NCBI GenBank assembly: GCA_943788915.1
Contig: CALSSD010000003.1
Span: forward strand, 384,663 to 448,662
DNA from: an uncultured Acidimicrobiales bacterium
GTDB taxonomy: Bacteria > Actinomycetota > Acidimicrobiia > Acidimicrobiales > UBA10347
DNA: 64,000 nt
Reading direction: 5' to 3'
Under the pieces are notes generated by a model that had not been told where the DNA came from, did not search any database, and was given only the letters and a program-made list of their open reading frames with translations. Position numbers and translations under genes: made by a program. Positions 48,728-57,812 of this stretch are shown one piece after another. The stretch's first letter is position 1. Each line of letters opens with the position of its first letter.

Positions 48728-49663
48728 GTGAGTTTGGGGCTACTGCTAACAGCGTTCACACTTGGCCTGCGCCACGGCTTCGACTGGGATCACATCGCTG
48801 CCATCGCCGACCTCAGTGGTACCGCCGAGAGTCGACGTCGTGGTTTCCTGCTTTCAATGATCTACGCGCTCGGCCATGGGCTCGTCGTGTTTGCGCTCGG
48901 AACGATCGCCATTGCATTCGGCCTGGCTATCCCCGACGGGCTCGACGAATGGATGGGCAAGGTCGTTGGAGTAACTCTTATTGCACTCGGCGGATGGATT
49001 CTGCTTGAGCTCGCTCGCAAGGGGCGCAACTTCCGGTTACGCAGCCGATGGATGTTGATGATCGATGGCACCTTCGCTGGCATGCGCAAGGTCCGAAACG
49101 CTGCCACCGGCCGCACCATCGCTGTTGAACACGACCACGGCCATGAGCACGTCGCCATCGATGATGATCATGACGCGCAGCATGCACACGACCATGCCCA
49201 CGTAACATCCCCAGCAGAGGTGCCAAGACGAGTGCCGCAGACGGTTTCGACCGCGACCGGCTGGCGCTCGACTCGCCAACGACTCTCACGTGGGCACAAC
49301 CATCCCCATCGACACGAGCTCGTCCTTCCCGAAAATGCGACAGCCCGTTACGGACACGGCACCGCGGCAGGTATCGGCATGTTGCACGGCGTGGGCGTCG
49401 AGAGCCCAACACAGATCGCCATCTTTGTGGCTTCCACTGCTGCCGTCGGCGTGAACTTCGGACTATTGCTTCTGGCAACATGGGTCGTCGGTCTGATCCT
49501 GGCCAACGGGGTGATCGCTGGGCTTGCGGGTGCAGGCCTGCTTCACGCCGAACGAAGCTTCCCCATTTACGCCACGCTCGCAGTGGTGGTAAGCCTGATG
49601 AGTATTGGGCTGGGCGTGGTGTACCTACTTGGCTTCGACATCCTTCCCGCAATCCTTATCTGA
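48728..49663 (+). CDS. NiCoT (HoxN/HupN/NixA) family Ni/Co transporter with His-rich loop
   Basis: LGLRHGFDWDHIAAI signature, LGH, His-rich central loop, GMLHG.G.E. Confidence 0.88.
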   Translation: MSLGLLLTAFTLGLRHGFDWDHIAAIADLSGTAESRRRGFLLSMIYALGHGLVVFALGTIAIAFGLAIPDGLDEWMGKVVGVTLIALGGWILLELARKGRNFRLRSRWMLMIDGTFAGMRKVRNAATGRTIAVEHDHGHEHVAIDDDHDAQHAHDHAHVTSPAEVPRRVPQTVSTATGWRSTRQRLSRGHNHPHRHELVLPENATARYGHGTAAGIGMLHGVGVESPTQIAIFVASTAAVGVNFGLLLLATWVVGLILANGVIAGLAGAGLLHAERSFPIYATLAVVVSLMSIGLGVVYLLGFDILPAILI

Positions 49664-49672
49664 AAGGCACCT

Positions 49673-50411
49673 ATGAGCACTTCGAGCAACGCCTCCCCCG
49701 TCGAACTCTCACCATGGTCAGTCCATGCAATCAATCTGCCCGAGCATGCCGACAACAAGATTCACACCGACGAAGGTGCACGGGCCGCTGGCTTTCCTGG
49801 GGCACTCGTAGCCGGAGCCACCATCTACGCCTACATGACCCATCCTCCCTGCCGCTGCTTGGGGCACTGACTGGCTGTCGAATGGCGGTTGCGAACTACA
49901 CCTGCGACGACCAGTGTTCGATGGCGATCTTGTTGACTGCGTGATCTCCACCGAAGACGGTGCTCCGGTGGTCACCGCAACCGTCGACGGCGACGCTCGA
50001 TCTTCGATCAGGTTGTGGAACCACGCCAACGCTCCGGATTTGCGAGACGGCGATCCACTCAAGCCATACACAACCGAACTGACGAACCACCAGATCGACT
50101 ACGGCTTGCGATGCGGCGACGATCTGACGATCTATGCCGAGCAGAACATCGCCCACCCGGTGACCTGGGTTGACCTCGCCAACCGAGTGTTTATCGACAA
50201 CTTGGTGACGGGTCCGTGGATTCACGTGCGGAGCAAGGTTTTCCACGAGGGTCTGGCACCGATCGGGTCACAGGTGCACATTGAGTCGCGCCTGCTCGAT
50301 CGGTTCGACTCTCGTGCTGGCGAACGGGCGGTTGTCGACATGAGGATCTACGCCGACGATCAGCCAGTCGCCACCATCGAACATGAAGCCATCATCGTGC
50401 TCGATTCATAG
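49673..50411 (+). CDS. MaoC-like (double hotdog) protein; +1 frameshift at 49847-49849
   Basis: NKIHTDE.ARAAGF.GALVAG; after correction HPPAAAWG.DWL..GG......RPVFDGD; PWIHV.S. Confidence 0.75.
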
Positions 50412-51056
50412 ATCGGCATCGACGGGCCCAAAGCAGCAAAAAGCAGCAGTAGGTGTCCTCGATCCACCGCTAGGCCGCTCACGTTGCTCGTCGGCGTCAA
50501 CTGCAACCAGTGCTTGCTGCGCTCAAAGGCGGGTTGCGCACCGCCACCACCGAACTGAGGTCATCGCCTCAGTAGCGGCAACGACATCTGACGCTCTCAC
50601 CCGCATGCAACGCTGGGCTAGAGCGTGCGTTGCATACATACGAGTCCGTTGCGCGCCGGGTGTCATGTGTTCTTACAGAAACGACCAGGAACGCCCCAGG
50701 TCGACCAACGCCCCGATAACGGCCTCGGTATCCGATTTTGAGACGCTGCTGGCCTCGGAATGCCAGCCAATAGTTCCGCTTTCGTGGTCGCAACGGACCA
50801 TGTCGGAGGTTGGACGGCGATCGGCGTGTAGCTAGTGCTGAAACGGGTTGAGAAGCGCATGGGAACAAGTCCTTGGTTGGTGCGAAACCCATCATGCAGC
50901 ACCCCGAGCAACGGTTCTGACGCCGCCACGACAGTCCTAGAGTGACGTGGACCACGAATGCCCCACCGCCACCATGTCTTCCCGCACCGGCTACGCGCTC
51001 GGCCAATTTTGGCTGCGATTTCGAAGCCCCGCCAGACTCCGTGCGAGAGATAACCG

Positions 51057-51450
51057 TTATGAGTTGCCGGCATCCATACGTGGGTTGGCCCCTTGGAGCA
51101 TGGTGGAGCCGCCGCTCATCACGATTGCCGGCGGCATGCCGATGTTGAAGCCACGGATACTCATCTGAACAACGATGCAGTTCGCAGCAACTCCGTCGTC
51201 CCAGCCGAACCCCTCGACATCGCTCGCGTCCGCCGCAACCTCGCACTTGGTACGCAGTAGTTCCCCTAGCGCCTGCTCTTCTTCGGCGCCGAGTTCGAGC
51301 CCATTCAGTTTGTCCGCCAAGGTCAGAAACTGGGGTGGGGTGGTCGGGTCAGAAGCCGTCTGTTCCGTCGTGTCACCAGGACGACCAGCGAGCCGGTGCG
51401 CTACATCCTGGTTTTTGGCATCGCGTTGTTGCAATGGTTTGATCGGGCAT
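51057..51450 (-). CDS. Hypothetical protein with helical leader-like segment and DVEGF motif
   Basis: ORF 51057-51434; AAAGGA plus ATG at 51450 joins in frame if one A is removed near 51439. Confidence 0.55.
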
Positions 51451-51493
51451 CGGCGTCGGTTCCTTTGCCGTCTTGGACCCGCTGACCAGCTAG

Positions 51494-51961
51494 TCAGTCG
51501 ACTTTGAGATAATGCAGCGGTAACGCCGTGGTTTGTTTCATGCGTTCCATCACAAAGATCGTGCGCACGTCGTACAGATCGACCGCATCGATGAGCCGTT
51601 TGTAGAACTGGTCATACGCGTCGATCGAAGGCACGACCACTCGGAGCATGTAGTCGATCTCGCCGCTGGTGCGATATGCCTCGACCACTTCGGGAAAGTG
51701 TTCGAGCGCCGACTGAAACTGGTCCAGCCACTCGGCACTGTGGTCATTGGTTCGAATCTGCACCAGTGCGGTCACATCCAGGTTCACCGATGCTGGATCC
51801 ACAAGTGCAACCCGTTTGGTGATCACACCCGCTGCCTCGAGGTTCTGTACTCGGCGCCAGCACGGCGTTGGCGTGAGGCCAACATGCTCCGCTAGCTCCC
51901 GAGCCGTGAGGCTTGCGTCCTCTTGCAGTAATTGGATGATTTCCCGATCAACTAGGTCCAC
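51494..51961 (-). CDS. Lrp/AsnC family regulator (DecR-like)
   Basis: D..DREII.LLQEDA, GLTPTPCWRRV, NDHSAEWL, AYDQFYKRLI. Confidence 0.93.
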   Translation of the reverse strand: MDLVDREIIQLLQEDASLTARELAEHVGLTPTPCWRRVQNLEAAGVITKRVALVDPASVNLDVTALVQIRTNDHSAEWLDQFQSALEHFPEVVEAYRTSGEIDYMLRVVVPSIDAYDQFYKRLIDAVDLYDVRTIFVMERMKQTTALPLHYLKVD

Positions 51962-52004
51962 AATAGATGATTATTGCAGTACCAGTCCTCAACAAGACAT
52001 GCTG

Positions 52005-52031
52005 TTGCACAAAATGCAGTCCTCTGTGCAA
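52005..52031. promoter_or_regulatory. Inverted repeat in the divergent Lrp/DUF6356 intergenic region
   Basis: TTGCACA-N13-TGTGCAA. Confidence 0.45.
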
Positions 52032-52075
52032 TATTTGCGGAGATCTTCTCCACCGGTTTGGCGTAGTCTCTGCCC

Positions 52076-52342
52076 ATGGCAATCAAGAGCTTTTTCACCG
52101 AGCACCCAGAGTCAGCCGGCGAGACCTATGGCGAACACTTCATGGTTGCCGCGTCGGTGAGCCGCCAGCTGCTTGGCGCCGGACTAGCCGCGGCGGTGCA
52201 CGCGCTTTTGCCCAACCTCCACAAGACGACGGCCAGCGAACGCATTCACAGCCTGGCTCACTGCTTGGACACCGGCAACCGCGAAGCCATCACCCCGGTG
52301 CGCAAGGTTCCGTGCCGAGAGACACTCCGTCAAGCCAGCTAA
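52076..52342 (+). CDS. DUF6356-like small protein
   Basis: FTEHP.S.GETY.EH..VA...HALLP....TAS..I. Confidence 0.75.
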   Translation: MAIKSFFTEHPESAGETYGEHFMVAASVSRQLLGAGLAAAVHALLPNLHKTTASERIHSLAHCLDTGNREAITPVRKVPCRETLRQAS

Positions 52343-52377
52343 TTCGTCAAGCCAGCCCGGTTCGACAATCCAGCTGG

Positions 52378-53596
52378 TTACTTCTTGGGCGAGAACCAGA
52401 TGCCAACTGCGGTCCGATCACCGCGCGCTTCTTCGAGCGGGAACGACAGCAGCTGATCAAACTCGACCTCTGAGATCGGCGCCTGTAAACCTTCGACAAA
52501 CGAAAGAGCCACGTCGTCGTTGGCGGCCAGCGGTGCTGACACGCCGTCGGTTGCAAGCAATAGGCAACGAGCATCGAGGTCAAGCGGTGCAACATCGGCT
52601 TCGACCGACCGGGGAAAGACTGCCTCGGGATCCCCGATAGCTGGAGCGAACACCGAGGTCCAACCGTCGGCGCCGGCCACCAGCAGGTCGCCATCACCTA
52701 CACGGAAACCAGCCGCTGGGCCTCCATCGATTGGCGCAATAAGACCAACCAAGGTGGTTGCGATCGTGCGGAGTTTGGTGCCGTCGGTAAACCGCATCTC
52801 GAACAACGAATGGAGTTCCTCGCGGGTCCGCTCGAGCATCTTTTCAATGCCAGGAACGCCATCACGCAAGTGTTGATCGATGGCCTGAGCGAGCAGTCGA
52901 CATGACCAGTAGGAGCCATAGTGCGCATTCTCGGCTGCCCCCTGGCCATCGGCCACGACAACCACGAGATAACGGCCACCGGCTGCACTCGCTACGACAT
53001 AGTCGTCTTGTCGCAGGTCGTTCAAGATCACATGGTCAGAACCGCGTCGGCTTGTGGCCCGCACTTCGAACTGTCCAAGCGTGTAGGCCCCACTCACATT
53101 GCTGTTTGGTTCGACGGTGGTTGATACCTGCAGCGCGCTGGCATCTTGGGGAAGTTGACCCAATGCCTGCACTGGAGCGACTGAGTCGACAAAACCCTCT
53201 TCGTTCAGCGACGGCAAGTGTGCAGGTTGCGGCGAACCTGGACGGCCCGTGTCGCCGGTGTCGAACCCGACGGCGAGCCGTGGTGTGCTCCGCAAGCGTT
53301 CACGCGGTTCTGATTCAGGATTTCCGACAAACGCAGTGACAGTGCCGGTGGGCGCAAGTTTCGCCCCACCAGTTGCTACCAGCTGATCGACCTGGCGATC
53401 CAGCATGCACGACTTCAAGGGTCTCAATCTGGGGTGAGAGCAATACCCACGTGCCGATCATGGCTATCGCAATACAAATGGCAGCCACGACGCCACTTAC
53501 GCCAAATCTGCCGGCTAGACCCGCGACTAGAGCCATGACGACAACCAGCACGGCGATCGAGACAAACGGGTTGCGTTCCTGGGTTTCGGGGGTCAC
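52378..53596 (-). CDS. PP2C-like phosphatase, probably with N-terminal TM anchor; probable +1 frameshift near 53405
   Basis: S.RG.DH, RQD, VADG.G, ATTL, VGDG, LATDG, GDRT; upstream two-TM ORF 53315-53617 is in the +1 frame and has a leaderless GTG at 53596. Confidence 0.75.
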
Positions 53597-53650
53597 CCCA
53601 CAATGGTAGGCCCCCACCTACTATGACGTCGTGGATCTCTGGAGGTTGTC

Positions 53651-54613
53651 ATGACGCTGAGCCGCTGGCGCCGAGTCGCTACGGGTGTTGCTGCTGGTGT
53701 AATTGTTCTTTGTGCGGCCCTCGTTGGCGCGTCGTTTCGCAACGACAACGCCGGTGTATCAGTCGCCTCGGAACTACGCCCTGCCAACATCATTCCCATC
53801 GAAGAAGACCCAGCAGAACTCGACACTGGAGACACCGGAGACACCGACACCGCCGATGACACTGACACCGCCGACTCGACCCCATCGGTCGATGCCGACG
53901 GCTCGGTAGATGCCCAGGACACCGAGTCAGAACCTGTCCGGGTGATCGAACCCGACGAACTTCCCGATGCCGATGACCCCGGTGCAACCGCTGACGGCGC
54001 TGAAGAAGATTCAGCTGTTGCTTCCCCGTCCGACGACGCAACGACCGACGACGGTGACTCCGCTGCCGGCGAAGCCGACGAGGAGCCAGCACCTACCGCG
54101 ACTACCGAACCTGCTGCTCCCCTCACCGCAGCCGACGACTCTCTCGGCACCGGTGGTGGCGTCGATGACGCCGAGTGCGCATTGGACCGACTCGTGATCT
54201 ACGCAGGTGCTCGTGTAGGCGGCGTCGCCGGAAGCATCCGGGCTGCACTGACCCAAGCAGGATTCGGCGCTGGTTGCCCTGCTCCGGTCACCGTCCTGGC
54301 GTCGAACTGCCCGTTGCAGTTCGCAGGCGTCCTTGGCACAGATTCGGGATATGACCCGGCCACCTCGTTTGTTGCATCCAGTGCCAGCGTCGATCGCGAG
54401 ACCATGACCGCCGTCATGGGTTCTGTTGGTTACACCGGCACCGAGATCAACATTCTCGACTTCAGCTTTGTGAATCCCGACACACCTGACGAACAATGGA
54501 TGGCAATCTTCGTCCCGCCAAGTTTTGCTGGCTGGGAAGGCCTGGCGAGCCGGGCCGGGCTGAGCCCCAGCACCGCCTCGTTGTGTGCAGCTTCTGGCGA
54601 ACTCGCCGGTTAA
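53651..54613 (+). CDS. Membrane-anchored/secreted protein with long acidic low-complexity linker
   Basis: N-terminal TM; Asp/Glu/Thr-rich linker; globular C-terminal domain with four Cys. Confidence 0.75.
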   Translation: MTLSRWRRVATGVAAGVIVLCAALVGASFRNDNAGVSVASELRPANIIPIEEDPAELDTGDTGDTDTADDTDTADSTPSVDADGSVDAQDTESEPVRVIEPDELPDADDPGATADGAEEDSAVASPSDDATTDDGDSAAGEADEEPAPTATTEPAAPLTAADDSLGTGGGVDDAECALDRLVIYAGARVGGVAGSIRAALTQAGFGAGCPAPVTVLASNCPLQFAGVLGTDSGYDPATSFVASSASVDRETMTAVMGSVGYTGTEINILDFSFVNPDTPDEQWMAIFVPPSFAGWEGLASRAGLSPSTASLCAASGELAG

Positions 54614-54758
54614 CCCAGACCCAGCAATCCAGACTCGCTGCACGTGCAGCGACGGCGGTATCGTCATGTGGTTACACGCTTCGACGAGCCACGTCGTCGA
54701 GATACTGTGCTCGACGCTGCTACACCCTGTGCTGACGGCACCGACATAACCTGAGGCC

Positions 54759-55667
54759 ATGCCCAACATCGAAGTCGTTGCCACCGAACCTGCCGATCTG
54801 GGCGAGGGCCCTGTGTGGTCCGTCGCCGAGCAGGTGTTGTATTGGATCGACATCGACGGCCGGGCAGTCCACCGCTACGACCCCATCACTGGTGTTGACG
54901 AACACCGGTCCACACCCGGCCGACCCGGGTCCCTCGCGCTCACCAGTGAACCGGGGAAACTTCTCATGTCGACGGAACACCAGGTTGTCTGGTTTGACTG
55001 GGAGACGGCCAGCATTCAGCCGTTCGTGACGGTAGAGATCGCCGGCGCGAGGATTCGCATGAACGACGGCCGCACTGATCCTGCTGGTCGATTCATCGTG
55101 GGCACGATGTTTGAGGACACTCGCGCAGCAAAATTCGTCGGCTCGCTGCATTGCGTGGAGGCCGACGGGAATGTCACTGCATTACGCCGAGCCGTCGGCG
55201 TCGCGAACGGACTGGCCTTCGACACCGACCGCAACATCATGTATTGGGCTGACACTCCCACCCAGCAGGTGCTTGCCTGGGACTACGACTCTGCGACCGG
55301 CACCCGCACAAACGAGCGCGTGTTCTTCGATTATCAAACAGTCGAAGGAAGACCTGACGGAGCATGTGTGGATGCCGACGGGTACTACTGGTCAGCGTCG
55401 GTCCACGGTTGGGCACTCACCCGGGTTGCTCCCGACGGCACCGTCGAACGACGCATCGACCTTCCGGTGGAACTACCGACCATGCCGTGTTTTGGCGGCA
55501 CGAACATGGACACCTTGTTTGTCACATCGATCAACACCGAAAACAACGATCCAGAACGTGTCACCCGACGCCAGGGTGTCGCCGCTGGTTCGTTGTTAGC
55601 TATTGACCTGAGTGGCGAAGGAATCCACGGCCCACCCGATGCGTTGTTCGCGGGCTCGCACCCCTGA
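54759..55667 (+). CDS. SMP-30/gluconolactonase family protein
   Basis: LGEGP.W, RMNDG..DP.GR, NGLAF, PDG..VD..G. Confidence 0.93.
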   Translation: MPNIEVVATEPADLGEGPVWSVAEQVLYWIDIDGRAVHRYDPITGVDEHRSTPGRPGSLALTSEPGKLLMSTEHQVVWFDWETASIQPFVTVEIAGARIRMNDGRTDPAGRFIVGTMFEDTRAAKFVGSLHCVEADGNVTALRRAVGVANGLAFDTDRNIMYWADTPTQQVLAWDYDSATGTRTNERVFFDYQTVEGRPDGACVDADGYYWSASVHGWALTRVAPDGTVERRIDLPVELPTMPCFGGTNMDTLFVTSINTENNDPERVTRRQGVAAGSLLAIDLSGEGIHGPPDALFAGSHP

Positions 55668-55675
55668 GCCAGTCG

Positions 55676-56785
55676 TTACGCGTCGACCTCGACCAGATCA
55701 TGGTCGGTGGTGCTGCACCGCAGCGCTCCATCATCCAGAATCACCACGATGTCTTCGAGGCGCATGCCCCACTTGCCATCGAGATAGATGCCGGGTTCGA
55801 TACTGAACGCGTGACCAACAGCGACGACCTCGTCGTTGCCAGCTATGACATAGGGCTGCTCGTGAACTTCGGTGCCGATGCCATGACCGGTGCGGTGGAT
55901 GAAATTGTCACCAAATCCAGCGTCGGCAATCACTGAGCGAGCAGCAGCGTCGACGTCACCAAGTGTTGCCCCCGGCCGAGCTGCATCGACCGCAGCTTGT
56001 TGCGCCTTCTTGAGTATCGCGTAGGTAGCAGCGACGTCGTCGGGGATTGGGCCGGTGAAGACACAGCGGGTGATGTCGGAGCAGTACCCCTCGTGTTTGC
56101 CGCCAAAGTCGAACAACACGATCTCGTTTGGTTGCACAACCCGCTCGGTGGGGTTGTGATGCGGCGAAGCCGAATTCGGTCCCGAAGCAACGATGCAGAA
56201 CTCGACCTGCTCGTGACCAGCAGCGAGCATCCGGCCCGTCACATCGGCTTGGATTTCGAGTTCGGTGCGTCCGACAAGCGCAACGTCACCCCTCTGAATC
56301 TGGGCAGCAACACTGTTCGCCAACCCACCAACGGTTTGCAGCGCTTGCATCTCACTATCGCTCTTTACCGAACGAAGCCCACCGAGGCTGTCGCTGAGTG
56401 AAACAAATTCTGTGTCGGGCATGGCGGCCTTGAGCCGCAGCAAGTAGTGCGCCCACATCTCATCGGAGACCAGCACACGTCGAGCGTCGCCGATCAACTC
56501 GACGATCATCGCAATCGGATCCTGGTCGTCGGTCCAGCCACTGATGTCGAACGCCGACGTCTTTGGAACTTCGGGCATCTCGATCTTTGGCACGATCATG
56601 CGAGGCAGCTCGTTACTGCCCGGGCGTCCAACAAACGCGGTGAGCCGTTCGCTGGCTCGGGCCTCGTACGTGCTGAGATACACCAGGTCGAAACCGGTAC
56701 TCAGGACGAGTGCGTCAGCCCCATCCTTGACGAGCCGAGCCGAGATTGCTGCCCAACGACTTTCCAAGAGATTCGAATCGGTCAT
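55676..56785 (-). CDS. M24 Xaa-Pro peptidase family
   Basis: PHH, DFGG...GYCSDITR, HRTGHGIG.EVHE.PY, SIEPGIY, RLED. Confidence 0.94.
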   Translation of the reverse strand: MTDSNLLESRWAAISARLVKDGADALVLSTGFDLVYLSTYEARASERLTAFVGRPGSNELPRMIVPKIEMPEVPKTSAFDISGWTDDQDPIAMIVELIGDARRVLVSDEMWAHYLLRLKAAMPDTEFVSLSDSLGGLRSVKSDSEMQALQTVGGLANSVAAQIQRGDVALVGRTELEIQADVTGRMLAAGHEQVEFCIVASGPNSASPHHNPTERVVQPNEIVLFDFGGKHEGYCSDITRCVFTGPIPDDVAATYAILKKAQQAAVDAARPGATLGDVDAAARSVIADAGFGDNFIHRTGHGIGTEVHEQPYVIAGNDEVVAVGHAFSIEPGIYLDGKWGMRLEDIVVILDDGALRCSTTDHDLVEVDA

Positions 56786-57354
56786 ACATTCACGGTATCG
56801 CAAACAAACCAACGGACTCCCAGACCACTGACTTCCTATCGAAGCTGAAATCAGCCTTTCCGCTCGTGGACAATCATCCCGATGTCGCTGGCGTCTTTCG
56901 CAGCGCTGAACTGTTGCCCCTGGTTGCGAAAGCACTTGCTGATCCGTTCCGCGATGCGAACGTGACCGCTGTGCTCGCTCCCGAGGCACGTGGCCCAATT
57001 CTGGGCGCACTCGTGGCCGTGGAACTCGGAGCCGGTCTTGTGCTAGCTCGGAAAAGCGACCGCAACCACCCCGGTGCCGACATCCCGGTTGAGTCTGCCC
57101 CCACATGGCGCGGTACCAGCGAGATATTCCTCGGACGCTCGTTCGACCTCACTCGGTCCGACCGAGTTGTGATTGTCGACGACTGGATCACCACCGGCAG
57201 CACCATGCGCGCTGCCTGCAACATTTTGACGATCCTCGGGGCAACCTACGTAGGCGCGGCGGCGTTGGTGAACAAGGCCAGTCCAGGAACAATCGAAGAA
57301 CTCCGAGTGCACACCCTGGTCGACTTCGATGATCTGATGACCAAATCCGCCTGA
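56746..57354 (+). CDS. Type I phosphoribosyltransferase (APRT-like); start uncertain
   Basis: PEARG.ILG, LARK, VVIVDDWITTGST. Confidence 0.82.
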   Translation: MLPNDFPRDSNRSYIHGIANKPTDSQTTDFLSKLKSAFPLVDNHPDVAGVFRSAELLPLVAKALADPFRDANVTAVLAPEARGPILGALVAVELGAGLVLARKSDRNHPGADIPVESAPTWRGTSEIFLGRSFDLTRSDRVVIVDDWITTGSTMRAACNILTILGATYVGAAALVNKASPGTIEELRVHTLVDFDDLMTKSA

Positions 57355-57812
57355 CGCTCTCGTCCAACCCCTCGCACCTACTGCCAACAGCCAGTCACCC
57401 AGTTACGTACGACTCTCCTTCGAAACTGCGGATGAACTGCTCAACGCCCGAGTAGCTCCCGATGAGCGTCGCTGGCATCGGCGTGGCCGCCGACCGGCCG
57501 ATGCCACGTGCGGCACCGGCAATCACGGCACCATGATCTTGCAGCCCCTTGTGCTCGCTCCGTGATGCTCCTTGTGTTCCCCGATGCGGGTACCGAGGTC
57601 GTGCCGACGGCGAAAACCGATCTCCAAATCCTCGACGCATCCGGTTGACCGTTGTGCCACAAACTTTGAGCCCAGAGCTCTACCTGTGATGCCGTGACCG
57701 AACAGTCGCAAGCCGACAACCGACATTGGCTCGAAGCCTCAGCCATGATGTGCTGAGCTGTCAGGTTTTGCCACCCACTTTGGGGTCAGTTGGTCTGGGG
57801 CAGCGCCAGCAC

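Noticed and set aside
49868..49870. CRCLGH-TGA as a Cys/Sec motif
   Set aside because: Out-of-frame translation after the extra C; the corrected frame reads AAAWGTDWL
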